From an uncultured Gemmatimonadales bacterium (GTDB lineage Bacteria > Gemmatimonadota > Gemmatimonadetes > Gemmatimonadales > GWC2-71-9): a stretch of DNA of 64,000 bases. The stretch spans positions 1,408,001 to 1,472,000 of the forward strand of contig CAVSLV010000001.1 in NCBI GenBank assembly GCA_963728915.1, read 5' to 3'. Shown piece after piece: positions 40,960 through 50,934 of the stretch; within the stretch, counting starts at the first letter, position 1, and each line of letters begins with the position of its first letter. Under the pieces are notes generated by a model. The model did no database searches and had not been told where the DNA came from. It worked only from the letters and a program-made list of their open reading frames with translations. A program made the position numbers and the translations under genes.

Positions 40960-41769
40960 ATGTTCACAGAAGGGCCTCTCACCAGGCGACAGTTCGCCAG
41001 AATTGCAGCGGCCGGCGCAGGCGCCGCCATGCTGGGTTGTTCGGAGGGAATCCTCGATCCGGAAAAAGAGCTGCTGGTCACCCTGTCGGGGAGGGCGCGC
41101 TACTTCGATCCGTCGGGGAAGGTCGCCGGCACGCACGACCTCGCCCCGGCGGTGGTCTCCGGGTTGATCACCAACCGGGGGCTGGTAGAACCCGACCGGG
41201 TTTCCCACGGGGTGGGGACCCTGCGCCTTCCGGCCCCCCGCGTCCTGGCGTTCGCCGCCGGCGCTGCGCTGACGCCAAGCGTGGTCCACCGCACCGATCG
41301 AGCGGAGGACGGCACCATCATCGAGACCACGATCGAGACAATGGGAAAGGGGGTCCCTGGTCGGCGGTTCGTTCGGATTCCGTCCCGCGGGGTCGAGCTG
41401 GTCGACCGGTTCGACTATGGCAGCTCAGGAGGGCTCAAGGTGATCCAGCAACGAAGGATCGAAGCCCTGGCGGATCGTCGCCTCGTGGTGGATATCACCG
41501 CGGCAGCAACCGGAGAGATCCGGCTCGCGCCGGGCCGGACCCTGCGCATGCTGGTGCAGGGAAGCCCGTTTCTCCCCCAGCGCCTGGAGGCGCAGCAGGA
41601 TTGCGGGATCGACCTCGTCATTCGCTTCGTCGGGGCGACCCTCGGGGTGCTCGCGGCGCTCTCCACCTGCGTCCCATCGGGACCGATCTGTCTCCTCGGG
41701 CTGGTGTCGGCCCTGATCGACTGGTCGGAGTGTGTGGGAGCCATGGAGGCATGCGACAAGGCCATTTGA
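40960..41769 (+). CDS. Tat-exported (lipo)protein with C-terminal Cys-rich hydrophobic domain
   Basis: TRRQF twin-arginine motif, MLGC lipobox, C-terminal ~55 aa with 5 Cys. Confidence 0.75.
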   Translation: MFTEGPLTRRQFARIAAAGAGAAMLGCSEGILDPEKELLVTLSGRARYFDPSGKVAGTHDLAPAVVSGLITNRGLVEPDRVSHGVGTLRLPAPRVLAFAAGAALTPSVVHRTDRAEDGTIIETTIETMGKGVPGRRFVRIPSRGVELVDRFDYGSSGGLKVIQQRRIEALADRRLVVDITAAATGEIRLAPGRTLRMLVQGSPFLPQRLEAQQDCGIDLVIRFVGATLGVLAALSTCVPSGPICLLGLVSALIDWSECVGAMEACDKAI

Positions 41770-42136
41770 TGATGGTGAGCCTCCTGGCCCCGCTCCTGGT
41801 GCTCACGGTCGTGAGCATCGCGCGGATCGTCCAGCACGACGCCGGCTTCGGACCGGTGGCCCTCCTGGCCGCCGGGGCGTACCTGACTGTCGTCGCGCCA
41901 CTCTGGTCCTGGCTCGCCGCGAAAGGCCTTGTGCCGAGCGGGTTAGGCCTCCGCGGTTCGCTGCTCCTGGCGGGATATGGCGTCTCGCTGGCCCTGCGGG
42001 GCAGCGGGCTGCTGGGCAGGGGGGCCTACCTGCTGGTCCTCGGGGCGGGGACGGTCTGCCTGGGCGCGCTGGCCGACCAGGCCGCGCGGTCAGGCAGGCA
42101 CCATCGACCCGACCAGGATTCGGCGCGCCGGAGTAA
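41769..42136 (+). CDS. Small multi-TM membrane protein (candidate immunity protein; 3' end uncertain)
   Basis: TGATG coupling to the previous gene; about four hydrophobic segments. The frame as assembled stays open to 42398, overlapping a convergent gene. Confidence 0.55.
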
Positions 42137-42147
42137 GGCTGCGCGAC

Positions 42148-42672
42148 TCAGGCGGCGACCCGGGAACCGCAGGCCGCGCAGAACCGGTTGCCGCGGTGAG
42201 CGGGGCGCCGCACTGGCCGCAGAACCCGGCCGCCTCGAGGGAGCGTCCGCAGCGGGAGCAGAGGCGGCTTCGGCTCGGGCCGGGGGCCGCAGCGTGATGC
42301 AGGCGAGCAGTGCCGCATCGTTGCCGCCCTCGCGACTCGCTCTGAGCACCTGCAATCGGGCGGCCACCAGCTGCTCGGGATCCGCAGGGACCTGCTGAGT
42401 CGCCGCACGCTCTTCCGCATCCAGGGCGGCAAGCGCTTCCGCCGAGTAGCGCTCCTTGAGCATGTCGTAGTCGCGGTCGGAGAGCTTGCCGGTCGCGCGG
42501 TCGAACTCGATTTCCTTGAGCGCCAGGAGGGCGACCCCGCGACGGGTTTCCTCGGGCGCCTCGGGCTCCGGTGGGCAATTCCGCCAGGGCTGCCGGATCT
42601 CCGGGAGGGCTCGAACACGAGCCACAACACCAGCACCCCAAGAGCGATCGCGCCGAGAACTTCCAGGACCAT
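42148..42672 (-). CDS. Ccm-associated membrane protein with CcmI-like helix and double zinc ribbon (frameshifted)
   Basis: N-terminal TM, LKEIEFDRATGKLSDRDY, then CxxC pairs (CSRCG, CGQCG, CAACG) across frames. Confidence 0.7.
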   Translation of the reverse strand: MVLEVLGAIALGVLVLWLVFEPSRRSGSPGGIAHRSPRRPRKPVAGSPSWRSRKSSSTARPASSPTATTTCSRSATRRKRLPPWMRKSVRRLSRSLRIPSSWWPPDCRCSERVARAATMRHCSPASRCGPRPEPKPPLLPLRTLPRGGRVLRPVRRPAHRGNRFCAACGSRVAA

Positions 42673-43238
42673 CAATCTTCGACGTCGGCGAGCGCCCGTC
42701 GGAGCCGATCGTGGTCGACCGAGCCGGCCGCGGGGCTTCGCGCGGCCGAGGCAGCATCGGGGGTCGCCATCCGCCGGCTTCGCCGCACCAGCACCCAGGC
42801 GAGGGCCAGGGCGACCAACGCAATCACGATACTGGGGACCAGATATCCGGCCAGGTTGAATCCGACCGGCTTCGGGGCCATGAGGATGCTCTCGCCGTAT
42901 TTGGCGACGAAGGCATCGACGATCTGCTCGTCGTTGCGACCCGCCCTTCGGAGGGCCAGCACCTCCTGGTGCAGCGCGGGCGAATAGGTGCAGGTGAAAT
43001 CGGTGGTCCGGCAGGTATAGATATCGAGATTGCAGCCGCACGTGCACTTGAGCCGGTGCTCCAGCGCCTTGATCCCGGCGTCGTTGTCCAGCGCAGTGAC
43101 CGGGGCGTGTTCCTGCACGACCGAAGGATCGTAGAGGGGGTCGGCCTGCTGTGCGGGGCCAGAAGGGCCGGGTTGGCCCGACTGGCCGGCCGGGCCAGAG
43201 GGGCCGGAGCCCAGGCGGAGGAAGCTGCGGCGGTTCAT
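42672..43238 (-). CDS. ccmH: Cytochrome c biogenesis protein CcmH-like
   Basis: LKCTCGC, EQIVDAFVAKYGESILMAP, C-terminal TM. Confidence 0.8.
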   Translation of the reverse strand: MNRRSFLRLGSGPSGPAGQSGQPGPSGPAQQADPLYDPSVVQEHAPVTALDNDAGIKALEHRLKCTCGCNLDIYTCRTTDFTCTYSPALHQEVLALRRAGRNDEQIVDAFVAKYGESILMAPKPVGFNLAGYLVPSIVIALVALALAWVLVRRSRRMATPDAASAARSPAAGSVDHDRLRRALADVED

Positions 43239-45278
43239 TCCGCTCCGCTCCCGACCAGGGCCGCTTCATAACCCGCTTGCGCCTCGCTCCGCCGGCGTGG
43301 CGCCGACCTGGGGCCCGCCGGGCCACATCGTGATGATCCCGCCGAGGATCAGGATTCCCCCGCCCGTCCAGACCCACATCACCAGCGGGATTAATGGTGA
43401 TGGCGTAGGTCGCCTGGTCGGTCCCGCCCACCGTCCCGGCGTACACGACGTAGAGATCCTCCTCGGCGTTGCTCCGGATCGCCACCTCGGTGGACGGCTC
43501 GAAGGTCGGACGGCCGAAGCTGTCCAGGTGCTGGCGCTTCTCCGAGGTGATCCGCCCCGCCGGTTTGCCGTCTTTCTTCACTTCGAGCGAAGCCGCCGAC
43601 ACGAACCGGTTGAGCTGCGGGATACTGGGATACGCCCAGGTGGGTGAGCGTGTAGGTGTGTCCGTAGGGACTCCGGATCTCGGTGCTCTCACCCGGGCAC
43701 CAGGGTGACCTCCCGGGTGACCCGGAAGGCCATCCCGGCAAACGCGGAGATGTAGACGAGAAATCCGACGTGGACGATGTACCCGCCGTATCGCCGGCGA
43801 TTCCGCCCGATCAGGTGGGCCAGGCCCTCCAGCACGGATTCGCCGTGGATGCGGCGCCGAGCCCGGACCCCGCGCCAGAACTCCTGGACCACGGTCCCGG
43901 CCACGAAGCCGGCCAGGCCCCACGCCATCAGGGGATAGAGGCGCCGGATCCCCAGCGCGAAGAGCACCAGAGCCACCGTGAGCGCCGGTGGTCACCGGGG
44001 CGACGAACTGGCGCCGGAGATTCTCGGGGCTCGCCTTCCGCCAGGCGATCAGGGGGCCGATCCCGGTGAGCAGCACCAGGAAGAGGCCGAGGGGAATGTT
44101 CACCCGGTTGAAGAACGGGTGGCCCAACCGTGATCTTGGTTCCCCGCACCGCCTCGGAGATGATCGGGAACAGCGTCCCCCAGAGGACCGAAAACGCGAT
44201 CCCGACCAGCGCAAGATTGTTGAAGAGGAAGGCGGCTTCCCGACTCGCCAGCGATTCGAGCTGGGCCTCGGGTTCGAGGAAGGGCCAGCGTGCGTAGAGC
44301 AGCGTGAAAGACAGGATCCCGGCCACCAGCAGGAACGCCACGAAGAAATAGCCCGACGCTCGACTGGGTGAAGCTGTGGACGCTCGCGATCACCCCGCTC
44401 CGGGTGATGAAGGTGCCGAAGATGCTGAGGAGAAAGGAGGCGACGATGAGCCCCACGTTCCAGCGCTTCAGCATGCCCCGCTTCTCCTGGATCATCACCG
44501 AATGCAGGAACGCGGTCATGGTGAGCCAGGGCAAGAGGCTCGCGTTCTCCACCGGATCCCAAGCCCAGTATCCACCCCAGCCCAGCTCGACGTAGGCCCA
44601 CCACATCCCCAGGGTGATGCCGGCGGACAGGAAGAGCCAGGAGAGGATCGTCCACTTCCGCATCGCGTGGATCCACCCGGTATCGAGCCGTTTGGAGAGC
44701 AGGGCCGCGATCGCGAAGGCGAACGGGATGGTGATGCTGATGTACCCCAGGTAGAGCATCGGAGGATGGATGGTCATCCCCGGGTTCTGAAGCTGGGGAT
44801 TGAGGCCACGACCGTCCTCGGGCGTAAAGGGCAATCGCGCGAACGGATTCGCCGAGAACAGCATGGTGATCACGAAGAACAGCACGACCAGATTGGTGAT
44901 TCCCGCGACGTAGGGGAGCAAGCCCTCGTGCCGGCGACTGGTCGCGCTCTGGGCCAGGGCGCCGAAGATCGAGAGAATGGTCGCCCAGAACAGCAGACTC
45001 CCCTTCTGGCCCGCCCAGAAGGCGGCGAATACGTAGGACAGGGGGAGGTTGCGGGAGGTGTACTGCGCCACGTACTCGATGTTGAAGTCGTGGCTCAGGA
45101 GGCCCTTCCAGAGGCAGAGCGCGGCGACCGCGAGGGCGGCCAACACCGCGTAGGTCGAGCGGGTAATGGAACGGGCCAGGTCGGGGCGATCTCGCCAGTT
45201 GGACAGAAACGCGAGACCAGCGCCCCACCCGGCGGTCAGCGCGGCAAGCCAGAGACTGAATTGTCCGAGGAGTGTCAC
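43235..45278 (-). CDS. ccmF: Heme lyase CcmF (multiple apparent frameshifts)
   Basis: GLNPQLQ..HPP, WAYVELGWGGYWAWDPVENAS, SVHSF, RRYGGYIVHVG. Confidence 0.93.
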
Positions 45279-45697
45279 GACCGTTTGCTGTTCTTGAGCT
45301 CCGCTTCATAGCGCGAACCGCACTTGGCGAGCACCTCGGTCGCATGGAAGACCCCATCGCGACCGTACTTGCCCTCGACGATCACTTCGATATTGCTGGC
45401 GTCAGTGAAGGTGTCCGGAATCAATCCACTATAGGTCACCGGAAATTCGTGGGCCCCGTCGCTGACCCGGAAATCGATGGTACGGGAGTTGGGGTCCCGC
45501 CGCACCGACCCGGGCACCACCTTGGCCCCCACCTTGAGGCCAACGTCGTGGAAGCTCGGGTCTTTCTGGGTCCGATCCAGCAGCTCGGTGGGGCTCAGGA
45601 AGTACACCCCGGTTTCCTTGACCCCGGAAGCAATCAACCCTCCGACGCCGAGGATGATCACCGAGGCGCCCAGAATGAACTTGGTGCCGGCCTTCAT
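45275..45697 (-). CDS. ccmE: Heme chaperone CcmE, CxxxY variant
   Basis: N-terminal TM, Y.G.IPDTF..VIVEG, VLAKCGSRY. Confidence 0.92.
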   Translation of the reverse strand: MKAGTKFILGASVIILGVGGLIASGVKETGVYFLSPTELLDRTQKDPSFHDVGLKVGAKVVPGSVRRDPNSRTIDFRVSDGAHEFPVTYSGLIPDTFTDASNIEVIVEGKYGRDGVFHATEVLAKCGSRYEAELKNSKRS

Positions 45698-45875
45698 CTC
45701 AGTTCCTCCAAGCCTTCAAGATAGTGCGGGCAAAGGGGATGGTCCATAAAGATTTCGTTAAGTCCATATGAAAGGGATTTCCGCTTGCCTTCCACTTTGA
45801 TAAACTTGCGGAGGGCAGTTTCTTTCGGCAGTAGACGGATCGCGAACCTGACACTTGCGTTCAGGAGGAATGGCG

Positions 45876-47441
45876 ATGGCCGGATCGAACGTTTGGCGTC
45901 ATCGGGCTCCAATGATGGCGCTGGTGGTCTTTGCCACCGGATTGCTGGCCTCCTGCACCAAGACAGAAATCGTGTACCGGGACCGGGAGCCCTTCAATCC
46001 CGCTCCCGATGCGGCCAGCGGGCTGCTCGGCTACTACACCTTTGCCAGCAAGCAAACCACCTGCGGCAACTGCCACGTCGGGCACCAGGCCGATTGGGCC
46101 CAGACCCATCACGCCGATGCCTACGCGACCCTGCTGGCAAGCGGCCACGCTGCACCGAGCTGCGAGGGTTGTCACACCGTCAATGAGCGGGGGAATCGGC
46201 TGACCGCCGCCGCCGGATGGAATGTCAAGCCGGACAGCGCCTACAAGGACGTCCAGTGCGAGAGCTGCCACGGCCCGGGTACCGCGCACGTGATGGCTCC
46301 CGAAGACCGGACCAAGTGGCCCCTGGCCCGGCTCACCCTGACCGACAGCGGCGCCAGCTGCGCGGCCTGCCACACCGGAGTGCACGAGCCGTTCACCGAA
46401 GAGTGGTCCCAGAGCGGACATGCCCAGATCGTGACGGCGGCGGTCAACAACGCCAGCGCCGAGTGTAAGAATTGCCACGATGGCAAGACCGTCCTCCAGG
46501 CGTGGGGCGTGACCACGAACTACGTGGAGAAAGACTCGACGATCTTCGCGGCGACGACCTGTGCGGTCTGCCATAACCCGCACGGATCGGAGAACGATCA
46601 CATGCTCCGGTTCCCGATCAACACGCCGGATCCCGACCGGAACCTCTGCATGAAGTGCCACCTTCGGAAGGGCGAGCCCTCGACCGGATCCCGGGGCGGC
46701 ACCCCGCACGCTCCCCAGGGCTTCGTGGTGCTGGGGATCGGTGGGTACCGGCCGACCGGAGTCGCCATCGACACCCTGATCGGGCTGACCACTCATGCCA
46801 GCCTGGCCAATCCCCGGCTCTGCGCCGGATGCCACGTCAACGCCACCGACGTCACCGATCCGAACACGGGGAGTTTCGTCTTTCACTCGACCGGCCACCT
46901 GTTCCGGCCGATCCCGTGCCTGGATGCCCAGGGCAGGCCGATCGCCGACAACAGCTGCGCCTACAGCCCGCCGGCCCGGAGCTTCAAGGCCTGCGTGGCC
47001 TCCGGATGTCACAACACCGAAGCGATCGCGGCGGGTCGGCTCGCCGGAGCCCGTTCCGATATCGAGAACCTGGCGGCGCAGATCTGGATTGACGGAAACC
47101 ACAACGAGAGCATCGATCCCCCGCCGACCGATGGGGGGTACCTCGCCATCATCAAGCGCGACCGGCCTGCCGAGCTGTCCGGAACCACCATTACACCGGC
47201 GCTGGGCGCGCAGTTCAACGTGAACACCTTCGCGGAACGCTACTCGAACGGAGACAAGTCCCTCGGGGTGCACAACCCCTTCCTCGCCCGGGCGCTGCTG
47301 GCCGCGGACATCAACGAGCTCCGGACCGCCTACGGCCTGCCGGCTCCGCCGGCTTCGGTCCAGGCGCTGGTCACCAGAGCGATCGAGGATGCGGTGCGAA
47401 GACAGCCTAACTTCTATCGGGCTCCAGGGGTCCTGAAGTAG
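45876..47441 (+). CDS. Multiheme cytochrome c lipoprotein (8 CxxCH + 1 CX4CH)
   Basis: AGGAGG RBS, LLASC lipobox; motifs counted by eye. Confidence 0.9.
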   Translation: MAGSNVWRHRAPMMALVVFATGLLASCTKTEIVYRDREPFNPAPDAASGLLGYYTFASKQTTCGNCHVGHQADWAQTHHADAYATLLASGHAAPSCEGCHTVNERGNRLTAAAGWNVKPDSAYKDVQCESCHGPGTAHVMAPEDRTKWPLARLTLTDSGASCAACHTGVHEPFTEEWSQSGHAQIVTAAVNNASAECKNCHDGKTVLQAWGVTTNYVEKDSTIFAATTCAVCHNPHGSENDHMLRFPINTPDPDRNLCMKCHLRKGEPSTGSRGGTPHAPQGFVVLGIGGYRPTGVAIDTLIGLTTHASLANPRLCAGCHVNATDVTDPNTGSFVFHSTGHLFRPIPCLDAQGRPIADNSCAYSPPARSFKACVASGCHNTEAIAAGRLAGARSDIENLAAQIWIDGNHNESIDPPPTDGGYLAIIKRDRPAELSGTTITPALGAQFNVNTFAERYSNGDKSLGVHNPFLARALLAADINELRTAYGLPAPPASVQALVTRAIEDAVRRQPNFYRAPGVLK

Positions 47442-47450
47442 ATTCTCCGC

Positions 47451-49415
47451 GTGCAGCTTCAGGCCGCGGACACGCTCGGCGCCGCCGCCGGCGCCATCCA
47501 TGACACGCTGACTCCGCCCCCGCTTCCGGGCGGAGTCGCGACGCTCTTCCGATTTCTCTTCCAGGTTCCCCAGTGGATCCAGATCGCGGGGGCCGCGGTC
47601 GGCCTCGCGGTCGTCGCCTTCGTGCTGGTGCTGATCTGGCGGCGGCGACTCGGGATCCTCACCTGGCTCCGTACCCGAACCCGTCAGGTCCAGACCACCT
47701 TGGCTCTCGGGCTGCTGCTGGTCATCGCGGTCGCCGCGCTGGCCGGAATGAAGAGCTGGGACTACATGCAGCACGACAACGGGTTCTGTACGGGCTGTCA
47801 CATCATGGAGACTCCGTTCCAGCGCTTCGCGACCGGAGCGGGCAAGCACCAGAATCTCAAGTGCCATGACTGCCATCAGCAATCCCTCTTCGCGAGCATG
47901 CGGCAGCTGGTGCTCTGGGTGGCCGAACGCCCCGAGAAGATCGGCATGCATGCCCCGGTGCCGAATGCCCGGTGCGAGAGCTGCCACCAGAAAGGGATTG
48001 GGATGGTCGGCGGCCGGGAGCGCTGGGAGCACGTCCTGCGTCTGGCGGGACATCGAGTCCACTTCGAATCCGATTCCTCGGCCCTGGCAGGCCTGGCCTG
48101 TGTCAAGTGCCACGGCGCCGAGGTCCACAGGTTCATCCCCTCGACAAGGACCTGCCAACAGAGTGGGTGTCATGAGCAGCAGCCGGTCCGGCTCTCCCAC
48201 ATGGCCAAGCTGCCGGAAATCAGCTGCGTCACCTGCCACAACTTCACCGCCGACATTCCGGGCCTCGCCACCCGGGATTCGGCGGTCCGGGCCCTGGTGC
48301 CGTCCCGGGAACAATGCCAGAGCTGTCACGCCATGCTGGCCAAGCCTCCGGGTTATGTCGCCGCCAGGGACCCCCATCACGGTTCCTGCGGATCCTGCCA
48401 CGACGTGCACACCGACGTGGTGCCCGCGGACGCCCGAGGCTCCTGCCAGAAGTGTCACACCAATGTGGCGCAGAACGCCTTTCACAGCGGCGCCAACCAC
48501 CGGCGGATCCAGGACCAGTGCCTCACCTGTCACCAGCCGCACGCCGCCTCGGTAGACCCGTCGGACTGCGTGGGCTGCCATCAGGACGTGCGTCGCCGGG
48601 GCCTGTTCCATCCCCCGGTGCCGTTCGATACCGGAGCGGTGCTCCGGCACCGCCCCCCGGCCGTCGGCGCCGCGACCCAGGACGCTTCCTGGTCGTATCG
48701 CCACCAGGCTCGGGGGCCGAGTGCCGACGAGGAGGAGATCTCGACCGACCTCCCGCCGGTTCGTGCGTCGCCGGCGCCCGTCACCGCGGTCCCCGCCGAT
48801 TCGTTTTCGCATGCCCGTCACAAATCCCTGCCCTGTCTCACCTGTCATGTCGTCAATCGTCCCGGAGCCGGACTGGTCTTCCAGGTTCCGCGCGGGTGCG
48901 ACTTGTGCCACCATCAGCGGATCGTGGCGGGAAAGGTCGAACCCCAGGACTGCACCAGGTGCCATCAGCCCGAGACGATCAACGCCGCCAAGGAAGAGGA
49001 GGTGCGGGTTGCCGCCGGCAGCCGCCCCGCCACCGCCCGCCTGGTGCCGTTCCGGCATGATCGGCACGAGCGCCTCGCCTGCGCCGACTGTCACCGTCCG
49101 CCCAGCGCGGCCCCTCCGGACAGCGTGCGCACCTGTACCGCGTGTCACGACCAGCACCACGCCGAGGGAAGGGACTGTGGCACCTGCCACAACCGGGAAG
49201 AAACTGCGCCGGCCCATCGGCGCAGCGATCACCTGAATTGCGCGGCGTGCCACCAGGCGGCGACCATCGCCGAGCTGGTCCCGACCCGGACGTTCTGCCT
49301 CACCTGCCATGCGAAAGAGCGGGATCATCAGCCAGGCGACGAGTGCACCACCTGCCATTTTCTCGAGACTCCGGCCCAGTTCCGCCGGCATCTGGTCGGG
49401 GGGCCCGGCCGATGA
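47451..49415 (+). CDS. Inner-membrane-anchored multiheme cytochrome c with NapC/NirT-like N-terminus (19 CxxCH + 1 CX4CH)
   Basis: Two TM helices, then FCTGCHIM..H..CHDCH..VPNARCESCH (NapC-like), followed by a long heme chain. Confidence 0.9.
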   Translation: MQLQAADTLGAAAGAIHDTLTPPPLPGGVATLFRFLFQVPQWIQIAGAAVGLAVVAFVLVLIWRRRLGILTWLRTRTRQVQTTLALGLLLVIAVAALAGMKSWDYMQHDNGFCTGCHIMETPFQRFATGAGKHQNLKCHDCHQQSLFASMRQLVLWVAERPEKIGMHAPVPNARCESCHQKGIGMVGGRERWEHVLRLAGHRVHFESDSSALAGLACVKCHGAEVHRFIPSTRTCQQSGCHEQQPVRLSHMAKLPEISCVTCHNFTADIPGLATRDSAVRALVPSREQCQSCHAMLAKPPGYVAARDPHHGSCGSCHDVHTDVVPADARGSCQKCHTNVAQNAFHSGANHRRIQDQCLTCHQPHAASVDPSDCVGCHQDVRRRGLFHPPVPFDTGAVLRHRPPAVGAATQDASWSYRHQARGPSADEEEISTDLPPVRASPAPVTAVPADSFSHARHKSLPCLTCHVVNRPGAGLVFQVPRGCDLCHHQRIVAGKVEPQDCTRCHQPETINAAKEEEVRVAAGSRPATARLVPFRHDRHERLACADCHRPPSAAPPDSVRTCTACHDQHHAEGRDCGTCHNREETAPAHRRSDHLNCAACHQAATIAELVPTRTFCLTCHAKERDHQPGDECTTCHFLETPAQFRRHLVGGPGR

Positions 49416-50934
49416 GGTCGGAACGACGGCGGGGAACGCGGGTTAGGGCACTTGCCCTGACGATGCTGACCCTCGGGGGGGGACGCTGGCTCCCCCGCTG
49501 GCGGCCCAGTCCTGGCGGCTCCGCTTCGAGAGCTCGGCCCAGCGGGTCGCGTTTCGCGGATTGACAGCCGACAGCGTTCCACAGAGTCAGGTCACCACCG
49601 GGCCCGATGGGGGCCCGGTTTCGCCCGATGGCTTCGCGGTGAGCTGCGGATTCGACACCTACTGCCGCTTCTATCGCCCCGGTCCGGTGGAACAGGGGCT
49701 GCCCGCATCCGCCAGTACCGATCTCACGATGTGGGGACTCGGGGTGCCGGGCCTGAGTCTCCGGGTGAGCGCGAGAGTGCTGGGGGATCTGACCGGTGAC
49801 CGGGTCTGGCCGGGCACCTCGCCGACCTTCCGCCTGATCGAGGGCTACGCGGAATACGTCCGGGGAGGACTCACGGCACGGGCGGGCCGGTTCATCGATG
49901 TGAGCCGGCTGGGCAGCTCCGGGGGAGGCCTGGATGGCGGAAGGGCGAGCTGGCGGTTTGGACGGCTGGGGCTCGAGACCGGTGGATACCTTGGTTGGGG
50001 CTTCGCCCGAGGCACCGTTCTCTCGATCACGAGCCCCGCGGTGAACCCCCTGGCGGAGTATCGCCCCGACAATCGACAGATTGTCGCGGGAGCCTTCGCG
50101 AGCTGGAGGTATTCCCCGGTCGATGCCCAGATCGAGTACCGCCGGGAAGTCGACCCGGAAACCGACTACTTCGTTTCCGAGCGGGCGGCGCTGAGCGTCG
50201 CGGTTGCTCCAGGACGAGGGGTTCGAATCGCCGCGGGCGCAGACCGCGATCTTGCCCAGGGGGTCTGGGGCAACGCGGACCTTACAGTCTCCTACACCGG
50301 CCGGAACCTCTGGGCCACCGCGTCGGCCAGACAGTACCGGCCTTTCTTCGATCTCTGGACCGTGTGGGGGGTGTTCAGCCCGGTTCCCTACCGTTCGGTG
50401 AGCGGCTCCCTCGCGGGCCGGCCCATCTCCCGGCTTCAACTTCGGGGGAGGCTGGAATGGTTCGGCTACCAGGACACGGAAACCAGCACTCCGACCGTGA
50501 CGGTTCGCGACGAGGGATGGCGCTGGGGACTGGAGGGAACCTTCGAGGCGAACCCTCGCTGGACGTTCGAGAGCACCTTCCATGACGAGCGGGAATACGG
50601 GGCTTCTTCCCAGGGAATCGACGGGACGATACGATGGAAACCGAGATCCAATCTCGACCTCTCGCTCGCGGGCGGGCGCCTGGTGCGTCCCCTCGAGCTG
50701 CGCTTCCAGGATGCCGCGCTCGACTGGATCGGCGCCGCCGCGGAGTGGCGCTCGGGGGACCGCTGGCGACTGGGGTTGAACGTCGACCGTTACTGGGACG
50801 CGCGTAACCGCCCCGACCCCGCCGGGTTCGACTGGAACCAGTGGCGACTCAGCGCCCGCATCGCCCTGGTGCTTCGATCCGATGCCGACCGGTGGGTGCT
50901 GCCACCGGCCCGCCGCGAGGGGACTGCTCCATGA
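49412..50934 (+). CDS. Outer-membrane beta-barrel (porin-like) protein, frameshift in the signal region
   Basis: Signal ending LAAQ; alternating amphipathic beta strands rich in W/Y/G; no heme motif; sits between two multiheme cytochromes. Confidence 0.75.

Noticed and set aside
42148..45357. 1069-aa minus-strand ORF
   Set aside because: Mosaic of out-of-frame ccmF/ccmH/zinc-ribbon sequence produced by frameshifts.
45861..49391. 1176-aa minus-strand ORF
   Set aside because: Antisense shadow of the multiheme cytochrome genes in high-GC DNA; no recognisable motifs.
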